Below are positions 40,321 through 47,893 of a stretch of DNA of 64,000 nucleotides, in pieces; position 1 is the stretch's first letter; each line of letters starts with the position of its first letter. Position numbers and translations under genes: made by a program. This stretch comes from Octopus vulgaris (taxonomy: Eukaryota): positions 17,112,001-17,176,000 of the forward strand of contig OX597843.1 of assembly GCA_951406725.2 (NCBI GenBank), written 5' to 3'. The notes under the pieces were generated by a model. That model was given only the letters and a program-made list of their open reading frames with translations. It made no database searches and was not told where the DNA came from.

Positions 40321-43300
40321 TAAATATTAGGGAATAAATCCAAACTTACAGGGAAAAATCAGATTTAGGATTGAATCCAATTTTATAGTAAAATATTATA
40401 TTATATTAAATTAGAGACAAAACCACTATTAGGCAAATCAAACAATGAAAAAATTAAGCCAATACATGTGATTAATTTATATTATTTAAATATGTAACAA
40501 AATTATTAAAAAAATATAATTAATATCACACTACGATCGTTTCATGCCTGCTAACATCTTCAAATTTTTGAGTCGCAGTCATTCATCAGGTGGTTTAAAT
40601 ATTTAAACCACCTGATGAATGACTCAAAAATTTGAAGATGTTAGCAGGCATGAAACGATCGTAGTGTGATATTAATTATATTTTTTTAATAATTTTGTTA
40701 TATATTTAAATGGTTCGAATCTCAGACCAGGCGACGTGTGTGTTTATGAGCGAAACACCTAAGCTCCACGCAGCTCCGGCAGAAGGTAATGGCGAACTTC
40801 TGCTGACTCTTTCGCCACATCTTTCTCTCACTCTTTCCTCCTGCATCTTGCAGCTCACCTGCGACGGACCAGCGTCCTGAACAGGTGGGGAACCTATACG
40901 CCAAGGGAACCGGGAAACCGGCCCTTATGAGCCAGGCATGGCTCGAGAAGGAACAAACAAACAACAGTGGACATGCGGTCGAGGGATCGCTGGTTCGAAT
41001 CTCAGACCGGGCGACGTGTGTGTTTATGAGCAAAACACCTAAGCTCCACGCGGCTCCAGCAGAAGGTAATGACAAACTTCTGCTGACTCTTTCGCCACAT
41101 CTTTCTCTCACTCTTTCCTCTTGCATCTCACCTGCGACGGACCAGCGTCCTGAACAGGTGGGGAACCTATACGCCAAGGAACCGGGAAACCGGCCCTTAT
41201 GAGCCTTGCATGGCTTGAGAAGGAAAATACAACATACATAAATATATCTTTACCTCTCTCTCATTTTTATGTCTCTTTACAGTTTTCAGACAGAAGCTGG
41301 CTAAAATATATGATGCCTGTATCTTGGCCAAAAAATGTAAAGACAACTGCAGCCATTCTGCTAAATGGGTGAGTATCTCTCGGGATTTCTGGTGAACTGG
41401 TAGAAAGGGTTTTGCTAGTTCTACTCTGGTTCCTCCCAGTGGTTTTCATTTTTACAAAGGAGTTCCTTAGTAGGGACACAGTCATTGGTTTCCTTTTAAC
41501 TGTTACTTGTTTCAGCCACTGGACCGCGGCCATGCTGGAGCACTGCCTTGTGTTTAGTTGAACAAATTTACCCCAGTATTTTTAAAGTCTGGTACTTATT
41601 TTATCAGTCTCTTTTGCCGAACCACTAAGTTACGTGGTCATCAACACTATTGTGCTTACAACCCACCATTGCTTGACAACCAAAGACACACACACACACA
41701 TATATATGTATGATACTGCTCTACATCTTAGAATATGTTTCTTCTTTCGGGTTTACGTTTTTTACAAATGATATATATATATTTTTTAATAATATATTAT
41801 TATTATTATTAATATAAGGAGATTAATATCCAAACTCATCATAAAGATATATCCGTGTAAAAATACTTATATATATATATATATATATACTAGCAGTATC
41901 GCCCGGCGTTGCTCGGGTTTGTAAGGGAAATAACTATATAAGCATTTTTAGAGATGTAAAGTATAATAGCCATCTCAATATGGCTAACCACAAGGGGTGG
42001 GGATTACTGTAGCTTTTTACGTTCTGAGATTTAATAATACATTTTTAGAGAGTTGCTTCCCTTATATAATAGCAAAAAATGTGCATTAAAAATGCGGAAA
42101 AATTATAGTAAATTTTTTTTAAATCGGAGACTCATCGTAGACGCATGCTAATACCCAGAAGGGCTCGATATGAATCACAACTATAAGATACCCGGTTTTG
42201 GTTAAACTGCACCGCAAAATATGGGAGTAGTTAGGAATCTAAATCGTAGGAGACAGACACCACACAACCTCACTTTTATATATATATAGATATATATAAA
42301 TAAATATAAAAATATATGTAAATATGTATAAATGTAAGTATAATGTATAAATAAATTTGATATTTTAAAAGTTTTGAATTAATTATTTAAGCATCTTACG
42401 ATTGTTTCGCAGAAGAGTTGTCCCTATAATGAAGTCCTATATTGATAAGCATTTATAGACAACTAGTCTATAGTGCCAAAGATCCCTGCAATGCCATCAC
42501 GCTTTAGGACCAGCTTCTGCAACAGCCTGGGTTTCAAGGGCCCACAGCTTTTTAATATTCTCCCAAAGAGTCTGAGGAACTTGCACAAAGTAGATGTAGC
42601 GGTTTTTAAATCAAAGCTGGACATCTTCCTGTCGAGAGTCCCAGATGAACCTACCTCACGGCAAGAGGTGCAAATGAGAGTAGCTATATCAAACTCCATT
42701 CTTCACCAAGTGCCACATATTAGAGGAGGCTCTTAGTAATAACAGTGTAGCACAAAACGGCGGTGCATCAGCATGGCCGCAGCTCTGAGCTGAAACAAGA
42801 AAAACGATAAAACTCTTCTGCTCTTCAGAGATATAAACTATGAATATTGTATAATATATTGAATGATAGATTTTTTATTAAAAATTTGAAGTAAAACTGT
42901 AAAATGGTAAAGTATAATAGCCATCTCAATATGGCTAACCACTAAGGGTGGGTGTTACTGTAGCTTTTTAGCCCCAGGAGATCATCGTCTCCAGCTGGCT
43001 TTAGGCACACTATCTGTGCCCTTATGGTATTTGCAAAGGGAGGCCATCCCTTTCTCGTAAGCCTAAGTGATACGCACTGGACCGCGGTTTCGAGGTTATT
43101 GCCTCTTATCAACGGGCGGTAATCACCGGATCACGATGAAAGAGAAAGCCTGTATGCAAATATATAAGAGTTTTTCTAGTAACTTCAGTCACTGATTTCG
43201 AAAAACTGTCTGCGGTGTTTGTTTGAAATATAAATTAAAAATTAAAAATTACTACTTTTGATGATAGTCTTTAAATCCATATATTCTTCCTTGGTTATTT

Positions 43301-45054
43301 TTCTGCAGTAATATGTATGTATGTAGATATATATATATATATATATATATTGAAGGCTAAACCCTTCAATGCTATGCCCCAGTATGGCCACAGTCCAGTA
43401 TAAGACATGGACACTGTCTGAGGCCCTTAGGAGCAACCTGAACTCCTTTGATAGAGAGAGAGATAGATGGCTAGATGTGATGAGCTTCTTTCTGTTTCCG
43501 TCTACCAAATCCACTCAAAAAGCTTTGGTCTGCCTGAAGCCATGGTCGAAGACGCTTGCTGAAAATGCCATGCTGTGGAACTGAACCTGGAACCATGAAA
43601 TATTTTGTTTTGTTGCCCTACCAATTCTGTTAATCCAGTGTCTCCACATTAGAGATTATTATCTCTTATATAAAATCCATTCTGTCTGTCTGTGTGTGTG
43701 TGTCTTCTAGGATCTCGGGCATCCTCCATTCAATTGCACTCAAATTTGATATGTAGATACCGACGGTATCAGGGCGTGTGTAAGTCTTGAAAAAATTACA
43801 AAATTCGATTCCAGGTGAGAATGCGATCAATAAAGCCGCGGGAAATAATTTTTTGGGGGAATAGAAAAAAATTCTATCTTTATTTCTTCTTTTGCTGGTG
43901 TCTCAAATTTAGGTTAAATCAGTGTTTCTGAAAGAGGAGGCCTATGGGACAGACGGACAAGTTGTTTTGAGAAAATTTGGTTTAAATGTTTGACAACTCA
44001 ACACTGTCCATTGGACGGGGGGCATTTTGCTCTTCTATTATATAAAATCCATTCTGTCTGTGTGTGTGTGTGTCTTCTAGGATCTCAGGCATCCTCCATC
44101 CGATTGTGCTCAAATTTGATATGTAGATACTGACGGTATCAGGGCATGTATAAGTCTTGAAAAAATTACAAAAATCAATTCCAGGTGAGAATGCGATCAA
44201 TAAAGCCGTGGAAAATCATTTTTCTTTGGAATAGAAAAGAAGTCTATCTTTATTTCTTCTTTTGCTGGTGTCTCAAATTTAGGTTAAACCAGTGTTTCTC
44301 AAAGGGGAGGAATATGGGACGGACGGACAAGTTGTTTTGAGAAAATTTGGTTTAAATGTTTGACAACTCAGCACCATCCATTGGACGGGGGGGGGGGGCG
44401 TTTTGCTCATTGATTCATAATTTTAGTGTAAGGTCTCAAATGTTAGTTGAGAAGGGTGTTTGTGATTGGTACTTCATGTGAATTTCTCTCTTTTTCCAGA
44501 ACAATCCATATGTCCTGATAACCAATCTGGCGTTTGGTCTCTTATCAATCTTTCACCTGGCCTACCTTGGTCTTATGTTTGACAGCAGCTCTCAAGAAGA
44601 GAAGGTAAGTATTGAGCTAGTCTCTCTGTCTCTCTCATATATATTACTCTTTACTCTCTTTTACTTGTTTCAGTCATTTGACTGCGGCCATGCTGGAGCA
44701 CCGCCTTTAGTCGAGCAAATCGACCCCGGGACTTATTCTTTGTAAGCCTAATACTTATTCTATCGGTCTCTTTTGCCGAAACGCTAAGTTACGAGGACGT
44801 AAACACACCAGCATCGGTTGTCAAGCAATGCTAGGGGGACAAACACAGACACACAAACATATACACACATATATATATATATATACATATATACGACGGG
44901 CTTCTTTCTGTTTCTGTCTACCAAATCGACTCACAAGGCTTTGGTCGGCCCGAGGCTATAGTAGAAGACACTTGCCTAAGGTGCCACACAGTGGGACTGA
45001 ACCCGGAACCATGTGGTTGGTAAACAAGCTACTTACCACACAGCCACTCCTACG

Positions 45055-45102
<48 letters not shown>

Positions 45103-47893
45103 TATATTAATATATGTGTGTAAGTTATAAATGACAAGAGAAATAGTATGATAAAAATTAATTTAGCTATAAGAAAATTCAAATATCAAGACAAATTGTT
45201 TCGTAACTTAAGCATGTAAAGATAATTTATTTTGTTATATTTAATAATAAATAAATTACTTACCTGTCTGTGTTAATACAAATAATCCTTTAAAACAATG
45301 CAGAAATGAAGCTACATCCTCAGGTGAACTCTTAATTTCTGTATTGTTTTAAATGACTTTTTGCATAAATGCAGACAGGTGAGTAATTTATTCATTATCT
45401 TTATATATAAAATTCAAGTTGTGTGTGTGTGAGACTCTGTCTCCTCCGATTTAGATTCTTAATTACTCCCACATTTTGCGGTGCAGTTTAACCAAAAGTG
45501 GGTATCTTATAGTCGTCATTCATATCGAGCCCTTCTGGGTGCGCGTATACAATGAGTCTACAATTTAAAAAAAAAAAAATTTACCATAATTTTTCCGCAT
45601 TTTTAATGGTTTTTGCTCGGGTTATATAAGGGAAGTAACTCTCTAAAAATGCTTATATAGTTATTTCCCTTACAAACCCAAGCAACGCCGGGTGATACTG
45701 CTAGTTAAATATAATAATACAAATTATCTTTACATGCTTTAAGTTACGAAACAATTTGTCCATATATTTGAATTTTCTTATAGTTAAATAAATTTTATCA
45801 TACTATATTTCTCTGATCATTTATAACTTTATAAACTCCTTATCATTTTCTTTTGTACCAAACTGTATTTTCTATATGTCTCCAGTAATTCATATATCTA
45901 AAAAGAAGTATACTCTAATGCATTAGAGCAGTAATGTAGTTTTTGAGAAATTAAAAGTTATGGTTGGTCAGAGAGTGACCATTGGGTTCACACCTATAAA
46001 GCACTTACCTGTATAGGTGACTTGGCTGTCTATGCTGCTAAACGCTTTATAGGTGCAAAACCAATGGTCACTCTATGACTGGCCATGACTTTTGATTTCC
46101 ATAGATATACTCTTTACTCTTTGACTTGTTTCAGTCATTTGACTGCGGCCATGCTGGAGCACCGCCTTTAGTCGAGCAACTCGACCCCGGGACTTATTCT
46201 TTGTAAGCCCAGTACTTATTCTATCGGTCTCTTTTGCCGAACCGCTTAGTGACGGAGACGTAAACACACCAGCATTGGTTGTCAAACAATGCTAGGGGGA
46301 CAAACAGACACACATACACATGTATATACACACAGACACATACACATGTATATATATACATATATATACGACAAGCTTCTTTCAGTTTCCGTCTACCAAA
46401 TCCACTCACAAGGCATTGGTCGGCCCGGGGCTATAGCAGAAGACACTTGCCCAAGATGCCACACAGTGGGACTGAACCCGGAACCATGTGGCTAGTTAGC
46501 AAGCTACTTACCACACAGCCACTCTTTATATTAATAATATAAGGGTCAATAATTATTAATTTCAAAAATTAATAATTATTACCAAGTAGTTTAGTATGGA
46601 AATAGAACCATTATCGGTAAGAACTTTTACAAAAAGTTCTTTATATATATATATATATATATAATTAGGGTTATATTTTAAGGGCTAAAAACCACTATGT
46701 GGACAGCCATATGCTAGAAATAGATCACCTATGATCAAACTACAAAGAAAAGAATGTTCTGTAGAGGAAAATTCAGCGGACACCAGAACAATAGGCGGGC
46801 AAGACAGATGAAAATTATATAAAAATCAAGAATTAATCGCAGACCAGTTTCGTCTAGCCCTTAAAATATACAGATGTACTAGAATTTTCTCTGATTTTTC
46901 AGATTTTTGTATGCTAGGCTACTGGCTTTAAATTGATATTAATTAAATTAATATTCAATTTATCTCCCTCATCATTTAAATGTTTAATTAGGGTTATATA
47001 TATATATATATAAAAACTTACTTGGAGGAAACAAAACGAAACGACGCGAGGGCGCTCAGTCATACAATAGTGTAATAAATAAAGTATATGCATACATACA
47101 TACATACATATATGTACGTACCTACATCTACATGTATATATACATGCATATATAAATATATATATGTGAGTACAGGACACCACAAATAGACGTAGAACTC
47201 AACAAGAAACGACGGACTTTTTTTAACAACGAAAAAACAGAGTACAAGACAAACAACACAAGGAATATTCCCCTTCATCAGCTGCAGCAGAAAATTCAAC
47301 AAAACCTGTTACTCTGAGTTTCCTGTTGCCGATGAACGGCAACGGGAAACTCAGAGTAACAGGTTTTGTTGAATTTTGTGCTGCTTTAAATAAAGCATGT
47401 TACTCTACCACTGGTATTTGAGTACTCTTTTTCCCACCTTGTTTCACATTTATGTGTTTACACCGGTATATATATATATATATCATCATTTAATGTCTGT
47501 TGTCCAAGCAGGCATGGGTTGGGCAGTTTGTCTAGAGTTAGATACCTGAGAAGCTACACCAGACTTCAGTTTGATTTGGCATGGTTTCTACGGCTGGACA
47601 CCCTTCCTAAGGACAACCAATTTAGTGTGTACTGGGAGCTTTTGCATACATAGACACACACACACACACACACACATGAGTGTGTGTTTTTTATGTTTCA
47701 CATGTATACATGTATGTATGTCTGATTAAATGTGTCTGTAAGTTGATTCAGTAAAAAACCTCGCTCACTTCTCCAAACCCTTTTCTATTTTCAGGGCTAC
47801 GACATGCGGCACACACTGGACAAATGGTCGTCCCTGGGCTTCCTTAGCCACTGGGTGGCATCTGGGACCTTCCTCTTTCACCTCTTGATATGA
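1425..47893 (+). CDS. PORCN: Protein-serine O-palmitoleoyltransferase porcupine (MBOAT family); 12 coding exons, 481 aa
   Basis: Manual splice: 1425-1659, 10253-10466, 18116-18159, 22729-22916, 24902-25008, 30467-30592, 33840-33940, 38097-38173, 39948-40011, 41283-41368, 44500-44604, 47795-47893 = 1446 nt. All introns are GT-AG, phases match and there is no internal stop. Motifs resemble vertebrate PORCN: [81 protein letters not shown]. Confidence 0.97.
1705..2283. mobile_element. SINE A: 5' half on + (1705-1871) joined to a near-full copy on - (1872-2283)
   Basis: Same sequence as 931-1342, in both orientations. Confidence 0.85.
2610..2890 (-). mobile_element. tRNA-derived SINE, family C; related copies at about 31825-31960(-), 34115-34388(-), 40711-41225(+, two tandem partial copies)
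   Basis: Minus-strand head GGAGGCACATGGCCTAGTGGTTAGAGCAGCGGAC...GGTTCAAATC has A and B boxes and recurs in the window. Confidence 0.8.
4000..6390. repeat. (TA)n/(CA)n/(TACA)n microsatellite field with a ~48-bp minisatellite (ACATGTGATGACAGTAA(CA)nTATACAAAG) at about 5370-5630
   Basis: Direct inspection. Confidence 0.95.
6673..7480 (-). mobile_element. RTE-clade LINE 3' fragment with (ATG)n tail; further copies at about 3145-3572(+), 19660-20370(-), 21853-22240(-), 25070-25625(+), 27088-27995(-), 29528-30430(-), 35230-35697(+), 52370-52622(+)
   Basis: ORF 7212-7448 [22 protein letters not shown]...GRGRPRKTW is a typical RTE C-terminus; copies share the 3' UTR GGCGTTAGGAAGGGCATCCAGC and end in ...TTAAACGATGATGATG. 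Confidence 0.85.
8237..8600 (-). mobile_element. Non-autonomous Helitron
   Basis: Minus strand starts TC, ends CTAG with subterminal hairpin CCCGAGCAACGCCGGG, and sits between A and T; same family as 41890-42290 and 45398-45704. Confidence 0.8.
9062..10178 (+). mobile_element. Tandem cluster of SINE family B (~185-bp units; core resembles the MetaSINE domain); also at about 12080-12495(-), 26473-26890, 37560-37975, 49910-50145
   Basis: Repeated GTTCTGAGTTCAAATTCCGCCGAGGTCGACTTTGCCTTTCATCCTTTCGGGGTCGATAAATTAAGTACCAG. The Meta assignment is from memory of the consensus. Confidence 0.8.
10253..10466 (+). CDS. PORCN: PORCN coding exon 2
   Basis: ttctccag|GTCGC...CTACT|gtaagt; encodes [29 protein letters not shown]...VVLIIILL. 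Confidence 0.93.
10547..11172 (-). mobile_element. SINE A full copy plus duplicated 5' half; further SINE A copies at about 23037-23451(-), 25688-26103(+), 44647-45057(-), 46109-46524(-), 49188-49586(-)
   Basis: Sequence identity to 931-1342. Confidence 0.85.
11275..11566 (+). mobile_element. Fragment of a second RTE/RTEX-type LINE ORF
   Basis: [26 protein letters not shown]...[11 protein letters not shown] is a typical post-RT region of RTE-like elements. Confidence 0.7.
13781..17940 (+). mobile_element. Duplicated CR1-like LINE 3' end with internal tandem expansion, ending in (TTA)n
   Basis: [21 protein letters not shown]...[12 protein letters not shown] is the CR1-clade C-terminus; 3' UTR and (TTA)n tail at 17800-17940. 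Confidence 0.8.
14349..17800 (+). repeat. Tandem array of ~123-125-bp units (~28 copies) derived from the LINE 3' end
   Basis: Unit GCTGAAGCATGGAACAAACTGCCGGCATCAG...CCCCTCCATACACAC; copies near-identical. Confidence 0.97.
18116..18159 (+). CDS. PORCN: PORCN coding exon 3 (44 nt)
   Basis: tttcattag|GGAGCTG...AGGG|gtaagt; encodes [15 protein letters not shown] (human EMHMVDTVTWHKMRG). Confidence 0.95.
18288..18780 (+). repeat. ~250-bp direct tandem duplication just downstream of exon 3
   Basis: GCTGATAACAGTGTATTGATAAATGAATCTC...TTTGA(CA)n occurs twice, starting at 18288 and 18539. Confidence 0.9.
20465..20826. repeat. Fold-back palindrome, ~160-bp arms with ~40-bp spacer
   Basis: caacataacatggcaa...tgtaatttagccccaggagac is mirrored by gtctcctggggctaaattacag...ttgccatgttatgttg. 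Confidence 0.9.
21250..22517 (-). mobile_element. Internally deleted mariner element interrupted by an RTE tail
   Basis: TIRs TTGGGTCATCCCATAAATAATG / CATTATTTATGGGATGACCCAA; minus-strand remnants QDNAWPH and [13 protein letters not shown]. Confidence 0.8.
22729..22916 (+). CDS. PORCN: PORCN coding exon 4
   Basis: gacag|GTTCC...CCAATG|gtgagt; encodes [15 protein letters not shown]...[20 protein letters not shown]. Confidence 0.96.
24902..25008 (+). CDS. PORCN: PORCN coding exon 5
   Basis: ctttacag|AATTTA...TGGAA|gtaagt; encodes [36 protein letters not shown]. Confidence 0.94.
28901..28934 (+). ncRNA. Degenerate minimal hammerhead-like motif (Penelope-type)
   Basis: TTT CTGTTGA A GAGC-ATAG-GCTC GAAAC GTC AAA; palindromic ACGT stem III; core has A6>U. 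Confidence 0.45.
30467..30592 (+). CDS. PORCN: PORCN coding exon 6
   Basis: ttgcag|GTGGTTA...CTCTG|gtatgg; encodes [22 protein letters not shown]...GEVLW. Confidence 0.95.
30697..31825 (+). mobile_element. Decayed mariner transposase relic containing an 11 x 21-bp in-frame expansion (31005-31235)
   Basis: [15 protein letters not shown]...[20 protein letters not shown]; later [15 protein letters not shown] and [19 protein letters not shown]; several stops and frameshifts. Confidence 0.85.
33840..33940 (+). CDS. PORCN: PORCN coding exon 7
   Basis: ttactag|GGACTTT...AAGAATT|gtaagt; encodes [33 protein letters not shown]. Confidence 0.96.
35941..36152. repeat. Fold-back palindrome, ~90-bp arms
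   Basis: cacataaggaatccactt...aattcaacacgctagaaagaacagctaggtt is mirrored by aacctagctgttctttctagcgtgttgaatt...aagtggattccttatgtg. Confidence 0.9.
38097..38173 (+). CDS. PORCN: PORCN coding exon 8 (ends with the catalytic His)
   Basis: tttcag|ATGTC...CTGCAC|gtaagt; encodes [26 protein letters not shown]; the His is equivalent to human H341. Confidence 0.96.
38330..38456 (-). ncRNA. Type I hammerhead-ribozyme-like motif
   Basis: Minus strand: ACCT CCGAAGA GGCC-(~92 nt)-GGCC GAAAC AGCT GTA AGAT; palindromic stem III ACAGCTGT; core has U4>C. Confidence 0.55.
38471..39620 (+). repeat. 52-bp minisatellite, ~22 copies, with one detached partial unit at about 38271-38310
   Basis: Unit CAGAAGGGTCATGGGGGAAGAGTTTTTAAGCACACCATCCATTGGGTCCTGT. 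Confidence 0.97.
39948..40011 (+). CDS. PORCN: PORCN coding exon 9
   Basis: ttgcag|GGACTG...CATG|gtaagt; encodes [21 protein letters not shown]. Confidence 0.96.
40529..40592 (-). ncRNA. Type I hammerhead ribozyme motif with intact core
   Basis: Minus strand: CAC CTGATGA ATGACTGC-GAC-TCAAA-AA-TTTGA-AGATGTTA-GCAGGCAT GAAAC GATC GTA GTG; palindromic stem III ACGATCGT. Confidence 0.75.
40609..40666 (+). ncRNA. Type I hammerhead ribozyme motif (inverted copy with a 6-nt deletion in stem II)
   Basis: CAC CTGATGA ATGACT...AGGCAT GAAAC GATC GTA GTG. Confidence 0.68.
41283..41368 (+). CDS. PORCN: PORCN coding exon 10 (zinc-binding C-x5-C-x3-C-x-H)
   Basis: ctttacag|TTTTC...AAATGG|gtgagt; encodes [29 protein letters not shown] (human ACVLSKRCPPDCSH). 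Confidence 0.95.
41890..42290 (-). mobile_element. Non-autonomous Helitron carrying an extra internal segment
   Basis: CTAG end with CCCG/CGGG hairpin and TC start; same family as 8237-8600. Confidence 0.8.
42393..42832 (-). ncRNA. Type I hammerhead motif split by a LINE 3'-end insertion in loop II
   Basis: Minus strand: ATCT CTGAAGA GCAGAAGAGTT ...[~390 nt]... AACTCTTCTGC GAAAC AATC GTA AGAT; perfect 11-bp stem II and 4-bp stem I. Confidence 0.7.
42469..42808 (+). mobile_element. 5'-truncated CR1-like LINE 3' end (family of 52740-54880)
   Basis: [22 protein letters not shown]...[14 protein letters not shown] matches ORF 54370-54798; shared tail CAGCATGGCCGCAGCTCTGAGCTGAAAC. Confidence 0.88.
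43067..43126 (-). ncRNA. Compact type I hammerhead motif, U3-A8 core variant
   Basis: Minus strand: GTGATTACCGCCCG TTGATAA GAGG-CAATAA-CCTC GAAAC CGCG GTC CAGTGCGTATCAC; palindromic stem III ACCGCGGT. Confidence 0.65.
43662..44410 (+). repeat. ~370-bp tandem duplication of a Helitron-like 5' segment
   Basis: TATATAAAATCCATTCTGTCTG...CATTGGACGGGGG occurs twice (about 43667 and 44039). Confidence 0.75.
44500..44604 (+). CDS. PORCN: PORCN coding exon 11
   Basis: tttccag|AACAAT...GAGAAG|gtaagt; encodes [35 protein letters not shown]. Confidence 0.96.
45188..45326 (-). ncRNA. Hammerhead-like motif with a long AT-rich loop II
   Basis: Minus strand: CTGAGGA T GTAGCTT-(~100 nt)-AAGTTAC GAAAC AATTT GTC; stem I is weak. 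Confidence 0.5.
45398..45704 (+). mobile_element. Non-autonomous Helitron (307 bp)
   Basis: 5' TC, 3' CTAG, hairpin CCC-AAGCAACGCC-GGG; inserted at A|T with no target-site duplication. Confidence 0.88.
45961..46085. repeat. Small hairpin/MITE-like inverted repeat (~42-bp arms)
   Basis: agagtgaccattgg...cacctataaagc is mirrored by gctttataggtg...ccaatggtcactct. Confidence 0.8.
47284..47384. repeat. ~100-bp palindrome whose right arm carries a 5'-truncated hammerhead-like motif (47329-47358)
   Basis: 48-bp arms around a 5-nt spacer; + strand reads CCGATGA ACG-GCAA-CGG GAAAC TCAGA GTA. Confidence 0.8.
47795..47893 (+). CDS. PORCN: PORCN last coding exon with stop codon
   Basis: ttttcag|GGCTAC...ATATGA; encodes [32 protein letters not shown]. 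Confidence 0.96.
   Translation, partial: GYDMRHTLDKWSSLGFLSHWVASGTFLFHLLI

Larger units (their letters stand above)
40484..40711. repeat. Near-perfect spacerless palindrome (centre 40600/40601)
   Basis: Arms are reverse complements except for a 6-nt indel and one mismatch. Confidence 0.95.
45121..45830. repeat. Diverged fold-back palindrome (centre ~45323) with the right arm interrupted by a Helitron
   Basis: acaaattgtttcgtaacttaagcatgtaaagataatt is mirrored by aattatctttacatgctttaagttacgaaacaatttgt. Confidence 0.85.

Noticed and set aside
46842-46920. Minus-strand GCCTAGC...GCTAGAC GAAAC TG GTC half-hammerhead
   Set aside because: No CUGANGA core precedes the stem; at best a truncated relic.
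47268-47284. Minus-strand CAGCTGATGAAGGG
   Set aside because: Only the 5' core half is present; no matching GAAAC/stem III in that element within the window.
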